39,439 nucleotides of DNA, taken from contig JAFWXY010000122.1 in NCBI GenBank assembly GCA_017522905.1, positions 1 through 39,439 on the forward strand, written 5' to 3'. Each line of letters starts with the position of its first letter. Positions within the stretch are counted from its first letter, which is position 1. Positions 18,714 to 27,653 of the stretch are shown here, in pieces. This DNA is from Clostridia bacterium (GTDB lineage: Bacteria > Bacillota > Clostridia > Oscillospirales > CAG-272). The translations under genes and the position numbers were made by a program. Below the pieces are notes generated by a model. The model was not told the origin of the DNA and did not search any database. It saw only the letters and a list, made by a program, of their open reading frames with translations.

Positions 18714-20082
18714 AATATTTATTATCAAAGCCGCTGCTCTTTTATTGGCACTTCTTTTGTGTCTTAGTATCTCACTTGCGTCTTGCTCTGAAAATGAGGA
18801 GCAGGAAAGCGTGGAGGCTGAGACCGATGAGCCCTTCGAGCCCGTCTTGGATAAGGGAGAGGGCAGTGAGCTTGGCAAAAGATATGAGGAATACAAGGAA
18901 AACGCCACTCTTGCATTCAAGAGCAATTCGCCGCAGGACAAGGAGTCATTCTCATATGACAAGACGGACGGCAAGGTTAAGATAGTCAAATATACGGGCA
19001 GCGACTCCATCGTTGTCATTCCCGAAACGATTGACGGTGCAGCCGTTGTTGAGATAGCCGAGGGCGCATTCTCGGGCGGCGCGATTCGCGCGGTCTACGT
19101 GCCCGACAGTGTTACAAAGATAGCGCAGGGCGCGTTTGATGATTGCGAGGGCCTCTCGACTCTTCGCTTGCCCTTTGTCGGTGACGGTGGCGAAAATTCA
19201 TTTGTGGGATATATATTCGGTGCGGATGAGCCCGACGAGAACGCGATTGCTCTCCCTCCAAGTCTTGATATGATAATAATCGGCGATAACTGCGATAGCA
19301 TATCCGACGAGGCGTTCAGGGGCGCAAAAACACTTTCTGCAATCGTTCTTTCGGAGAATATAAAGAGGATCGGCAAGCTGGCGTTTTATCAGTGCCTCGA
19401 TCTCGTGTACCTCTCTATTGACGGAGTGCTTGAGATAGACGAGTATGCTCTGGCGTACTGTAAATCTCTTTACAGTATAGATATATCAAGCGCTGAGAGC
19501 GTTGCAAAGGGCGCGCTTTTCTCCTGTAGCGCAATCAATTCCATTACGTTAAATTTAGGCGAAGACGATTATCTCGGCAGGATCTTTGATGCCGAGGGCG
19601 CAGAGTTTAACGATGAGCTTGTTCCTGCGTCGCTTCGTACGGTAACTGTTGCTGAGGGATGCAAGGAGATACCAAGCAGAGCGTTTTATATGTGCAAATA
19701 CATAACGAAGGTTAATCTCCCCGAATCCCTTGAGGTGGTTGGAATCAGAGCCTTCTACGCTTGCCGCTCGCTTAGTGGGGTAACGATTCCCGATAACGTC
19801 AAGATGATCCGTGACGATGCATTCTTTGGTTGTGACAACCTCTCAGAGCTTAAGCTTGGAAATTCACTTGAAATCATAGGCATGCAGGCATTCTACGGTT
19901 GTGCGGCACTTAAGAGTGTTGAATGTCCCGGGGCTATGATCGAGATAGGTCCTTCTGCCTTTTATGGTTGTAAGTCGCTTGTGTCGGTTGACCTTGGCGG
20001 TACAATAGGAGTAGGCAAGGACGCGTTTGGCGATTGCCCCCGACTCTCTCCGATTGATTACAGCGGAGTCGCTTTAGAATGA
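18703..20082 (+). CDS. BspA-type leucine-rich-repeat surface lipoprotein
   Basis: The signal peptide has a lipobox (SLASC) and is followed by an acidic linker. Many repeats of the type IP..V..I...AF..C..L follow. Confidence 0.75.
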   Translation: MKNKIFIIKAAALLLALLLCLSISLASCSENEEQESVEAETDEPFEPVLDKGEGSELGKRYEEYKENATLAFKSNSPQDKESFSYDKTDGKVKIVKYTGSDSIVVIPETIDGAAVVEIAEGAFSGGAIRAVYVPDSVTKIAQGAFDDCEGLSTLRLPFVGDGGENSFVGYIFGADEPDENAIALPPSLDMIIIGDNCDSISDEAFRGAKTLSAIVLSENIKRIGKLAFYQCLDLVYLSIDGVLEIDEYALAYCKSLYSIDISSAESVAKGALFSCSAINSITLNLGEDDYLGRIFDAEGAEFNDELVPASLRTVTVAEGCKEIPSRAFYMCKYITKVNLPESLEVVGIRAFYACRSLSGVTIPDNVKMIRDDAFFGCDNLSELKLGNSLEIIGMQAFYGCAALKSVECPGAMIEIGPSAFYGCKSLVSVDLGGTIGVGKDAFGDCPRLSPIDYSGVALE

Positions 20083-20951
20083 TGAAGTCTCTTAACAAAA
20101 AAGCTAAAACAATTATAATAGCTGCATTCGCCGCCGTACTCTTTGTGTCAGCGGCGGTTGCATTTATCCTAAATTACCACAATATATACGCCTTTGCGCT
20201 TAAAAACGGCTGGTTTTGCACACCTGTAGCGGTAGAGAATGCTGACGATACAGACCTTCAGGAATATAGCCTTAATGAGCTCTTGTCGGATAGCAGAGTA
20301 AGCTTTGACCAAAGCCTGATGCTTGTAAATACTACCTATCTTCTCCCCGAGGATTTTATTCCCGACGTTGTAGAATATAAGGACACAACGGTCTTTATGA
20401 GCCGACCGATGATAGACGCCTACGCGCAATTATCGGGTGCAGTCAAGGAGCTGACAGGGAACAAGTTATACGTTTCAAGCGACCTTAGAACCCGTGAGGA
20501 GCAGGAGGCGCTGTATAGAGAAGATCCTGCGACCGCGACTATCCCAGGTGCAAGCGAGCATCAAAGCGGACTTGCCCTCGACGTATACGTCGCGTATTAC
20601 GCCGGAGATGCGTTTTTGAAGTCTCCGTCCGGCAGATTTGTGAATACCCACGCGCATGAATACGGATTTATAATCCGCTATCCGTCGTACGGCGAGGAAA
20701 TAACGGGCATCAGATACGAGCCCTGGCATATCCGTTACGTAGGCGCGCCGCACGCAGGAGTGATATATAACAATCAACTGACCCTTGAGGAATATATACT
20801 TTCCTTTGAGATTGGCGAGTGGTACGAGATAGATGGATATCTCGTGTCAAGACAGACTATGGGCGGAAATATTACGATGCCCGAGGATTTTACATCCTGC
20901 ACCATTTCCCCCGACAACACGGGATGCTATATAATAACTGTAAAAAAATAA
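20079..20951 (+). CDS. M15-family D-alanyl-D-alanine carboxypeptidase (VanY-like), membrane anchored
   Basis: It has an N-terminal TM helix. The zinc-site motifs are SEHQSGLALD and EPWHIRYVG. It overlaps the upstream gene by 4 nt (ATGA). Confidence 0.85.
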   Translation: MMKSLNKKAKTIIIAAFAAVLFVSAAVAFILNYHNIYAFALKNGWFCTPVAVENADDTDLQEYSLNELLSDSRVSFDQSLMLVNTTYLLPEDFIPDVVEYKDTTVFMSRPMIDAYAQLSGAVKELTGNKLYVSSDLRTREEQEALYREDPATATIPGASEHQSGLALDVYVAYYAGDAFLKSPSGRFVNTHAHEYGFIIRYPSYGEEITGIRYEPWHIRYVGAPHAGVIYNNQLTLEEYILSFEIGEWYEIDGYLVSRQTMGGNITMPEDFTSCTISPDNTGCYIITVKK

Positions 20952-20957
20952 AATAAA

Positions 20958-20985
20958 AGCTCCACTTGGAAACCCAAGTGGAGCT
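20958..20985. terminator. Bidirectional rho-independent terminator
   Basis: Hairpin GCTCCACTTGG-AAAC-CCAAGTGGAGC. It is flanked by A-rich and TTTGTT tracts and lies between convergent genes. Confidence 0.75.
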
Positions 20986-20995
20986 TTGTTATTAC

Positions 20996-22942
20996 TTAAT
21001 TTGTAATTTTTTCAACCTTAAAATCGTTCGAACCGAACATATACATATACCCGTCAATATAGACGCCGCGCATATTTGCGGGATCGCCAAAAAGCGGTAC
21101 GTTTACAAGCTCTACAAGCTCGTATCCGTCAAAGTGCAGGAGTATATATCTGCGTGCTTCATCAGAATGCTTATCTGTGTTGTAGTAACTATTATCAATA
21201 ACACCAACACCAACAAACTGATTTTTACGGTCTACGTAATAAGATTTATATTCAGTTGAATATTCTGCATTTTCAAGCTCATATGCACATACCGAACGAA
21301 CGCCGTCCTTAGCTTCTTCGTACACTTCGATTTTGAAGCTGCTCCAGTTATCACCTCTGCCAATTCCAAGCAGATAACCGTTTCCGATGTTAATAAGAGA
21401 GGTTGAGAATCCCTCTATAGTACCGGTATCCTTGTAGGTGATGTTGTTCAGGTCGGAAAGATCAAAGAAGAATACGGGGTCAGAAAGTTCAATAGAGGTA
21501 CAAACATATGCCGTTTCCTTATCGAATCTTACCGACTGAATTTCCTCACGTGGAGGCGCAAAATCAATTACCGAAGCAACAATTTCAAATGTGGAAAGGT
21601 CGATGCAGTATAGGCTTGCATTAGATTGTCCTGTGGCAGTTTGAAGTATATTGGAAGAAATAATTCCGTTATCATAATACTGTTCTTGAATAGTTGTGGC
21701 ATTTGTGGTAGTGAAGACACGAAGAATGCCCTCGTACTCATCCATGCTCCACTGATCCTTGACGTATCCTCTTACAGTCACGTTTCCTTTTCTTTCAAAG
21801 GTGTCGCCACCATAGGTTAAACAAGAAATTTCGGTCATAGAGTTTCTTGTAATCGTTCCGTCTTCGTTTTCTTTCTTATCTGCGAATACGTGAGTTAAGA
21901 ATACATGATCCTCGGAAACGTATACGTCCTCGGAATAGGAGAGATATGCCGCGGTTCCTTGTATATCAAGCGTGTTTTCGTCGAGCTTCATCACGACGGT
22001 ATAACGAGTATTGCTCAGATTATCGGGAGATACAATGCCACCGGCGGGAATACTGTATGAGCCATTACCCTCGTCAATTTGAGGAAGGAATGTGGTCTCA
22101 TCGTTGAAATCAAGCTCTCGTTTGTTGATAACGAACTCGGTTAACAGCAGAATGCTTCCGTCTACCATACGGGATGACATATACTCACCCGTAATATTGA
22201 ATTCATCTTCTTTTACGATGTTGGCAGGGTCGCTAACGTCCAGCGAGATCAGATTTACATAACGACGTGATACATTCTCGTTTTTGGAATAATACTGGGT
22301 AACCACCGTTACAGTCTTGCAATCGCTTGAAAGGTAGAATTCCCACTGATCCATATAAGGTCCTTTACCTTCTTCATAGATGGTGTAGTTACCGATCTCT
22401 GCGGTGTTTTCCTTGTCAATAGAATAGATTCGAAGCACATCCTCATCGAGATAATAAATGTGCGTGTTGCTACGCTTGATGCGGTCAGCCTCTATAATTC
22501 CTTTGACCTGGTTGTCAGTGATTTCTTGATAGGAATCCTCTCCGCCAAGAAATCCTTCATTAGGGTTGCTTTCCGGTATGGGCGCTTCGCCTGCCGCCTC
22601 GTCCTTGACCCATCCGCCAAGATTCAGCGAAATGTTCTTCAGTCCTGCCCATAGCTTTTCTGAATTGTTTTTGTATTTGGGCTGCTCAAAGGTGAGTGCG
22701 TTTAATTTTTGAATCAGACCATAATATTCACTGTTAGAATATTGTGACACGTCCGGCGCAGTATTATTAAAAGGTACAAACAACCACAGATTGCCGATAA
22801 TGAGTGCCAAGCATGCACAGGCTGCCACAAAAGAAATCAAAGCTCTATGATTTTTCGATTTGATTACATTGTCGGGATGTGCCTCGGTAATATATTTATC
22901 ATCGGCAAGGCTTAAGCCACGATACCAATTCTTTTTCTTCAT
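20996..22942 (-). CDS. Membrane-anchored beta-propeller-domain protein, probable partner (anti-sigma-like) of the adjacent ECF sigma factor
   Basis: It has a short cytoplasmic N-terminus, one TM helix (ALISFVAACACLALIIGNLWLFV) and a large extracytoplasmic domain. The domain ends in VRFDKETAYVCTSIELSDPVFFFDLSDLNNI, which resembles the Beta_propel (COG4880) family. Its start overlaps the sigma gene stop (ATGA). Confidence 0.75.
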   Translation of the reverse strand: MKKKNWYRGLSLADDKYITEAHPDNVIKSKNHRALISFVAACACLALIIGNLWLFVPFNNTAPDVSQYSNSEYYGLIQKLNALTFEQPKYKNNSEKLWAGLKNISLNLGGWVKDEAAGEAPIPESNPNEGFLGGEDSYQEITDNQVKGIIEADRIKRSNTHIYYLDEDVLRIYSIDKENTAEIGNYTIYEEGKGPYMDQWEFYLSSDCKTVTVVTQYYSKNENVSRRYVNLISLDVSDPANIVKEDEFNITGEYMSSRMVDGSILLLTEFVINKRELDFNDETTFLPQIDEGNGSYSIPAGGIVSPDNLSNTRYTVVMKLDENTLDIQGTAAYLSYSEDVYVSEDHVFLTHVFADKKENEDGTITRNSMTEISCLTYGGDTFERKGNVTVRGYVKDQWSMDEYEGILRVFTTTNATTIQEQYYDNGIISSNILQTATGQSNASLYCIDLSTFEIVASVIDFAPPREEIQSVRFDKETAYVCTSIELSDPVFFFDLSDLNNITYKDTGTIEGFSTSLINIGNGYLLGIGRGDNWSSFKIEVYEEAKDGVRSVCAYELENAEYSTEYKSYYVDRKNQFVGVGVIDNSYYNTDKHSDEARRYILLHFDGYELVELVNVPLFGDPANMRGVYIDGYMYMFGSNDFKVEKITN

Positions 22943-23490
22943 ACAAATATCCCCTCCTTTGTAAGATACTCTTTGAATTTGCTTCTGGTTCTATGTAGTA
23001 TGACGCTGACATGAGTTTCTGAAAGACGCATGCCGTCAGCAATATCCTTGACACTCATCGAATACCAATATCTACGCATAAATATAACGCGAGTGCGGAC
23101 ATCAAGGCTTTCAAGGAATCCATTGATCGCCTGCTTCATTACATATTCATCCTCGATTGAAGCATCTCCATTGGGAATACACTCCCAATATTCGTCAATC
23201 GCACTGTCTACTTCTGCGCCGCGCTTTTGTGCGCTGTCATAGCGGTATCGGTCAATGGCGATATTTCGCGTAATACGAGCAAGAAAACTCTGCAATTTGG
23301 TTGGTCTTTCGGGAGGTATAGCATTCCACGCCCCGTTCCACGTATCATTCACACATTCGTCCGAATCTTCGCGCGAGTGAAGGATGTTGTATGCTATGGA
23401 GTAGCAATATTTGCCGTACTTTGCTTCGGTTTCCCGAATTGCATTCTCATTGCGGTCCCAATATAGCGTAACAATTCTTTGGTCATCCAT
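22939..23490 (-). CDS. ECF-type RNA polymerase sigma-70 factor
   Basis: Region 2 reads DECVNDTWNGAWNAIP....P..L..FLARITRN.AIDRYR. Region 4 HTH reads MSVKDIADGMRLSETHVSVILHRTRSKFKEYL. RBS AAGGAGG. Confidence 0.85.
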   Translation of the reverse strand: MDDQRIVTLYWDRNENAIRETEAKYGKYCYSIAYNILHSREDSDECVNDTWNGAWNAIPPERPTKLQSFLARITRNIAIDRYRYDSAQKRGAEVDSAIDEYWECIPNGDASIEDEYVMKQAINGFLESLDVRTRVIFMRRYWYSMSVKDIADGMRLSETHVSVILHRTRSKFKEYLTKEGIFV

Positions 23491-23754
23491 ATAGCTACCT
23501 CCTTACATGTCGGATAAAGGCCTTTCACCCATATAGTCGAAAAATAAATCTAAAATCTTACATTAGTAGAAAAAAATATTTATAAAACACATATTTTACC
23601 TTTATGAATTTATTTTATCATATTTTAGTATCGTTTTCAACCCATTTGTAATTATCCCCGATTACATAAGCTCTTAATGTGAGAGACTATGATTGCCTTT
23701 TTTTAAACAACAAAACCCCTCCGTCTTAGGCTCCTTCTCATAAGGATGTTTACC

Positions 23755-23823
23755 GCAGGGGCGATCATTGATCGCCCGCAAACAACCGCAAAACCAAAAC
23801 GGGCGACCAATGGTCGCCCCTAC
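23755..23823. repeat. REP doublet (REPIN/BIME-like): two 19-nt palindromes in inverted orientation
   Basis: GCAG+GGGCGATCA-T-TGATCGCCC lies at 23755-23777. GGGCGACCA-A-TGGTCGCCC+CTAC lies at 23801-23823. Each has 9-bp arms. The flanking GCAG / CTAC (GTAG on the other strand) tetranucleotides point outward, as in REP elements. Confidence 0.5.
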
Positions 23824-23885
23824 AAACAAATTTCGGCAGAGACATTGTTTTCTCTGCCGATTTGTGTTATAATGGAACTAACAAA

Positions 23886-24081
23886 AAGCCTTCCTCCGGG
23901 AGGTAGCGAAGCGGCGCGAGGGTGGTGTCAGAGCCCGAGCGTGACCGAGCCGAGGCGAGACGGTGGCACGCGTAGCGTGACGGAAGGAGCCCGCGTGGCT
24001 TTAGATTTGTACTGACTTCATTGTAACGCGCTCTCCCTCAGTCAGCTTCGCTGACAGCTCCCTCCCGGAGGGAGCCTTTGG
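23886..24081. repeat. Pair of about 40-50-nt inverted repeats enclosing about 105 nt with internal AGCGTGAC-type direct repeats
   Basis: The left arm at 23886-23925 and the right arm at 24031-24081 (reverse complement) share the blocks CCTCCGGGAGG, AGCGAAGC and GAGGG. The right arm also has local hairpins GTCAGC-TTC-GCTGAC and GCTCCCTCC-C-GGAGGGAGC. Internal repeats are GAGCGTGACCGAG and TAGCGTGACGGAAG. Confidence 0.45.
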
Positions 24082-24191
24082 ACGTGCGAAACTTTAGGGG
24101 TATGGGCTTTGCCCGAAGCCTTTGTAATACAAAGGCGAAACTTGCGATAAACAGAACGATAAATAAGAATTTGATGAATGGAGGAACCTGT

Positions 24192-24935
24192 ATGAAACGC
24201 ACACTATCAATACTAATCGTATTATTATTTTGTCTTTCTGTCTTTGTTGGCTGTGACAATGCATTGTCACAAAACGCTGGTTCTCAAACAACGAATACGG
24301 AGTGTGAGCATAATTGGGAAAGAATAGGCAATTTAAATGAATCTACCGCACGAGATAGATGTACTATATGCGGTGAAACAAGGCTATACACAGACCCCGA
24401 TAGTATCAATAAACCTAAAGATGAAATTGCAGGAATGAAAGGGATAAGAGTTTGGGACTGGCATCATCCCGATGACTCAGAAAGAAATCCTGAATGGGCA
24501 ATTACATTTGCGTCGATTCCAAACATTGAGTTTAAGAGAGAAAACTCGTCCGTATATGCCAATGACGAACTGCTGATAGGTGGATCAGGATATGCTTGTA
24601 TGAGTTTTTATACTGCAGAGTTAACAGTAACTAACAAAACACTTCTTTGCTTCGGTATGAGCTTAGGATCGGGAATATGCGATGAAAGAATTGTTATCAT
24701 GGATTTTGACACTAAGCAAGAACTCTTTGCGATTCATGATAGAATGAACTATGACTATCAATTATTTGTTCGTAATGGGATTTTGTGTGTACGCGAGATG
24801 AAATATGGAACGAATGAAATTACTCGCACAGGAATCTTTTATGATGAAGGAACAAAAATCCAAATTTTATGGGATGAGCATATAGTTTTGGATGAAGATA
24901 GAGATCAAGTGCAAACCGGTCAGCCTATTTCCTAA
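24192..24935 (+). CDS. Orphan lipoprotein, function unknown
   Basis: ATG at 24192 behind GGAGGA. The signal peptide has a lipobox (VFVGC). A CxH...CxxC segment follows (CEHNW...CTICGE). The tracked upstream extension from 24078 runs through the repeat element. Confidence 0.6.
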   Translation: MKRTLSILIVLLFCLSVFVGCDNALSQNAGSQTTNTECEHNWERIGNLNESTARDRCTICGETRLYTDPDSINKPKDEIAGMKGIRVWDWHHPDDSERNPEWAITFASIPNIEFKRENSSVYANDELLIGGSGYACMSFYTAELTVTNKTLLCFGMSLGSGICDERIVIMDFDTKQELFAIHDRMNYDYQLFVRNGILCVREMKYGTNEITRTGIFYDEGTKIQILWDEHIVLDEDRDQVQTGQPIS

Positions 24936-24990
24936 CATTGTTTGGTAATAATTTGTTAGACAAATTCCAATTTATCAAACAGTACAACAA

Positions 24991-25020
24991 GCCCCGGCAG
25001 ACTTAAAAATCTGTCGGGGC
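24991..25020. terminator. Bidirectional rho-independent terminator
   Basis: Hairpin GCCCCGGCAGA-CTTAAAAA-TCTGTCGGGGC, with one G-T pair. It lies between the convergent lipoprotein and ATPase genes. Confidence 0.7.
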
Positions 25021-25141
25021 TAATCTTTGTCTTTTGCGGAGCAATTATATCTTATCGGACCGTCGAGGACGCCGGCCCTACAAGGAGAATGGGAACATCC
25101 TTATGATAACCAGCCTTTTACGGAGAGGTTTTTTATCATTG

Positions 25142-27031
25142 TTATTTCAAATTTCTCATAGAGTTCAATATTGCAATTACCGCAACGCCGACGTCGGCGA
25201 AGATGGCAATTCCGAGTCCAACGATGCCAAGCGCACCGAGGATAAGTGCCAATGCCTTAACAGAGAGGGCAAAGGCGATGTTTTGAATCACAATGCTTCG
25301 GGTTCTCTTTGAAAGGGCAACCGCATCGCCTATTTTTTCAAGGTTGTCATTCATCAGTACAATGTCTGCCGCCTCAATTGCTGCATCGGAGCCAAGCGCA
25401 CCCATGGCAATTCCAACGTCTGCTCGCGCAAGCACGGGAGCATCGTTAATTCCGTCGCCCACGTAGGCGCAAAGCTTTTCGGAGCTTTTCATTATCTCCT
25501 CAAGGGCCGATACCTTGTCAGAGGGCAAAAGCTCGGCGCGATATGAGTTAAGCGAGAGTGCCTCGCAAATTCTCCTTGCCTCGTTTTCCTTGTCACCGCT
25601 GAGCATAACGGTTTTGATAATTCCTTGCTCGAAGAGAGCGGAAATTGCCGTCTTGGCGTTATCCTTGGGTTTATCGGAAAGCGCAAGGGAGCCCAAATAT
25701 CTATTGCCAAGCGCAACGTATACTCCAACGCCAGGCGAAACAGTCTCAACGTCAATATTGCTCTCACGCATAAGCCTGTCGTTGCCTACAAGCAGGATCT
25801 CTCCTTGATATTGTGCCTTTACGCCGAGTCCCGAGATCTCCTCAATTTCCGATACTTCGGGGGAGGGTGCATAGCTATTTTCCTCGCCGAAACGACGGAT
25901 AGCCGCAGCTATGGGGTGGGTAGAATACTTCTCGGATGCCAAAGTAAGTGAGAGAAGCTCGTTCTCGTCAACGCCCTCTCCGCACTTTATTTCAGTTACC
26001 GAGAACACACCCTTGGTAAGGGTTCCTGTTTTGTCAAAGACGATAGTGTCGCAGTGAGAAAGTGCATCAAGGTAGTTGGAGCCCTTTATCAGTATGCCTT
26101 TCTTTGATGCCGCGCCGATGCCGCCGAAATACGAAAGCGGAACCGAGATTACAAGCGCGCAGGGGCAGGAAATAACAAGAAACGTCATCGCGCGCATTAC
26201 CCATTCGCGCCAGATTCCGCTGTCGTTTATGCAGATTATCACAGGGGGCAGTACTGCAAGGAATGCCGCCAAAATAACGACCGTGGGGGTGTAAACACGC
26301 GCAAATTTAGTAATAAAGTCCTCGCTTTTTGACTTGTTCTCGGCAGAGGATTCCACAAGCGCGAGAATTTTTGACACTGTTGATTCTTCAAAGGGCTTTG
26401 TGACTCGAATTTTGAGTACGCCGCCCTCGTTTATGCAACCGCTGAGAGCCTCGTCACCAATCTCAACCGCTCGGGGAAGGGATTCACCTGTGAGAGCCAC
26501 GGTGTTAAGAGAGCTTCTGCCCTCGACTATCACTCCGTCAAGCGGAATCTTTCCGCCCGATTTTACGGTGATAATATCACCGACTTTAATTTCCTCGCAG
26601 TCAATTTCGTCAAGATTTCCATCCTCATCCTCGACAAAAGCAGTGTCTGCGCGGATGGAGAGCAGGGATTTTATCGAGTCGCGGCTCTTTCCAACCGCGA
26701 TGTGCTCAAATAGCTCGCCAACCTGATAAAAGAGCATTACGAATACCGCCTCGGCATATTCGCCCGTGACAAGCGCCGCAATAGTGGCAAGCGACATAAG
26801 AAAATTCTCGTCAAACACCTGTCCGTGGGCAATGTTTTTGCCCGCGCTGAGTAATACGGGATAGCCTACGGGTATGTAGGGAATAAGATAAGCTATCAAG
26901 GGAAAAAGGTCAAATCCCCAAAGGGTAAGCGAGATAGGGAAGCCCCAAAGCTTATCTATAGCGACGATTATACCGAGAGATATAGCCGAGATAATGATGC
27001 GTATCAGTTGTTTTTTGTCTTTTCTTCTCAT
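25142..27031 (-). CDS. cadA: Heavy-metal-translocating P1B-type ATPase (Cd/Zn/Co-type), without a fused N-terminal metal-binding domain
   Basis: Motifs are CPC in TM6 (VISCPCALVIS), FDKTGTLT, SGDK and VGDGINDAPVLARADVG. The symbol is a best guess at the class, not an ortholog call. Confidence 0.8.
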   Translation of the reverse strand: MRRKDKKQLIRIIISAISLGIIVAIDKLWGFPISLTLWGFDLFPLIAYLIPYIPVGYPVLLSAGKNIAHGQVFDENFLMSLATIAALVTGEYAEAVFVMLFYQVGELFEHIAVGKSRDSIKSLLSIRADTAFVEDEDGNLDEIDCEEIKVGDIITVKSGGKIPLDGVIVEGRSSLNTVALTGESLPRAVEIGDEALSGCINEGGVLKIRVTKPFEESTVSKILALVESSAENKSKSEDFITKFARVYTPTVVILAAFLAVLPPVIICINDSGIWREWVMRAMTFLVISCPCALVISVPLSYFGGIGAASKKGILIKGSNYLDALSHCDTIVFDKTGTLTKGVFSVTEIKCGEGVDENELLSLTLASEKYSTHPIAAAIRRFGEENSYAPSPEVSEIEEISGLGVKAQYQGEILLVGNDRLMRESNIDVETVSPGVGVYVALGNRYLGSLALSDKPKDNAKTAISALFEQGIIKTVMLSGDKENEARRICEALSLNSYRAELLPSDKVSALEEIMKSSEKLCAYVGDGINDAPVLARADVGIAMGALGSDAAIEAADIVLMNDNLEKIGDAVALSKRTRSIVIQNIAFALSVKALALILGALGIVGLGIAIFADVGVAVIAILNSMRNLK

Positions 27032-27032
27032 A

Positions 27033-27251
27033 TTAAAGAACTATGCGGCAGTCGGGCTCTATCTTTTTGATAGCCTTCTGCGCTTCCTTGAGGATGCGGT
27101 CAAAATCCTTTTCGTCAGCCTCAATAGTGAGCTTCTGGGTCATAAATGCGATTTTAGCCTCGAGCACACCTTCAATTTTGGAGATAGCAATCTCCATTTT
27201 AGCCGCACAATGTGCGCAATCAAGATCCTCAAGCTTACAAGTCTTTCTCAT
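27033..27251 (-). CDS. Stand-alone heavy-metal-associated (HMA) domain protein
   Basis: It has the CxxC metal site LDCAHCAAKME in a ferredoxin-like about 70-aa protein. ATG at 27251 behind GAGGTG is preferred over the tracked 27287, which would overlap the ArsR gene. Its stop abuts the ATPase start. Confidence 0.8.
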   Translation of the reverse strand: MRKTCKLEDLDCAHCAAKMEIAISKIEGVLEAKIAFMTQKLTIEADEKDFDRILKEAQKAIKKIEPDCRIVL

Positions 27252-27267
27252 AATACACCTCGTTTTA

Positions 27268-27627
27268 TTATTCGTTGATATGGTCAACGCCCATGTTGAT
27301 TATAGTTTTTACGTGGTCGTCGTCAAGGGAGTAGAGGACCGATTTGCCCTCCTTGCGATACTTGACAAGACGCGAATTTTTGAGCACGCGGAGCTGATGC
27401 GATATAGCCGACATGCTCATAGAGAGCTTTTCGGAGATGTCGCATACGCACATTTCGCCCTCAAAGAGGAGATAAAGAATCTTTATGCGGGTACTGTCTC
27501 CAATTACGGAGAAGAACTCTGCAAGCTCAAAGAAATGCTCGTCATCAGGCAATTCTATGCGGTCGATTATCTCGTGATGCGCCTCGTGCGACACACAAAG
27601 CGGAATTCTTGTTTTTTCTTGTGACAT
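27268..27627 (-). CDS. ArsR/SmtB-family metalloregulator (CadC-like)
   Basis: It has the wHTH with the alpha3 Cys motif GEMCVCDISEKL, then LSHQLRVLKNSRLVKYRKEGK, and an N-terminal CVSHEAHHE. ATG at 27627 behind AAAGGAGA is preferred. Confidence 0.85.
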   Translation of the reverse strand: MSQEKTRIPLCVSHEAHHEIIDRIELPDDEHFFELAEFFSVIGDSTRIKILYLLFEGEMCVCDISEKLSMSMSAISHQLRVLKNSRLVKYRKEGKSVLYSLDDDHVKTIINMGVDHINE

Positions 27628-27653
27628 AATCTCGTCTCCTTTCAATAAAACAC

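Noticed and set aside
23491-24191. Checked the long intergenic region for tRNA, tmRNA, RNase P, SRP RNA or a riboswitch
   Set aside because: I could not recognise any conserved core motif of these RNAs. The structure present is explained by the repeat families. A covariance-model scan would be needed to exclude a structured RNA.
23746-24259. 89-aa plus-strand and 73-aa minus-strand ORFs in the 23.7-24.3 kb intergenic region
   Set aside because: They read straight through the palindromic repeat elements and have no RBS. Their products (for example PPGGSEAARG...SVTEG) look like translated repeats.
25034-25312. 92-aa plus-strand ORF at the 3' end of the metal ATPase gene, and a possible third REP copy near 25061-25085
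   Set aside because: The ORF overlaps the terminator region and the ATPase C-terminus in antisense. The REP-like sequence shares only the GCC..CCCTACAA half and I could not pair a convincing palindrome, so it is mentioned only as a possible degenerate relative.
27043-27624. 193-aa plus-strand ORF opposite the HMA and ArsR genes
   Set aside because: It is antisense to two genes that have clear metal-binding and wHTH motifs and a matching promoter and operator.
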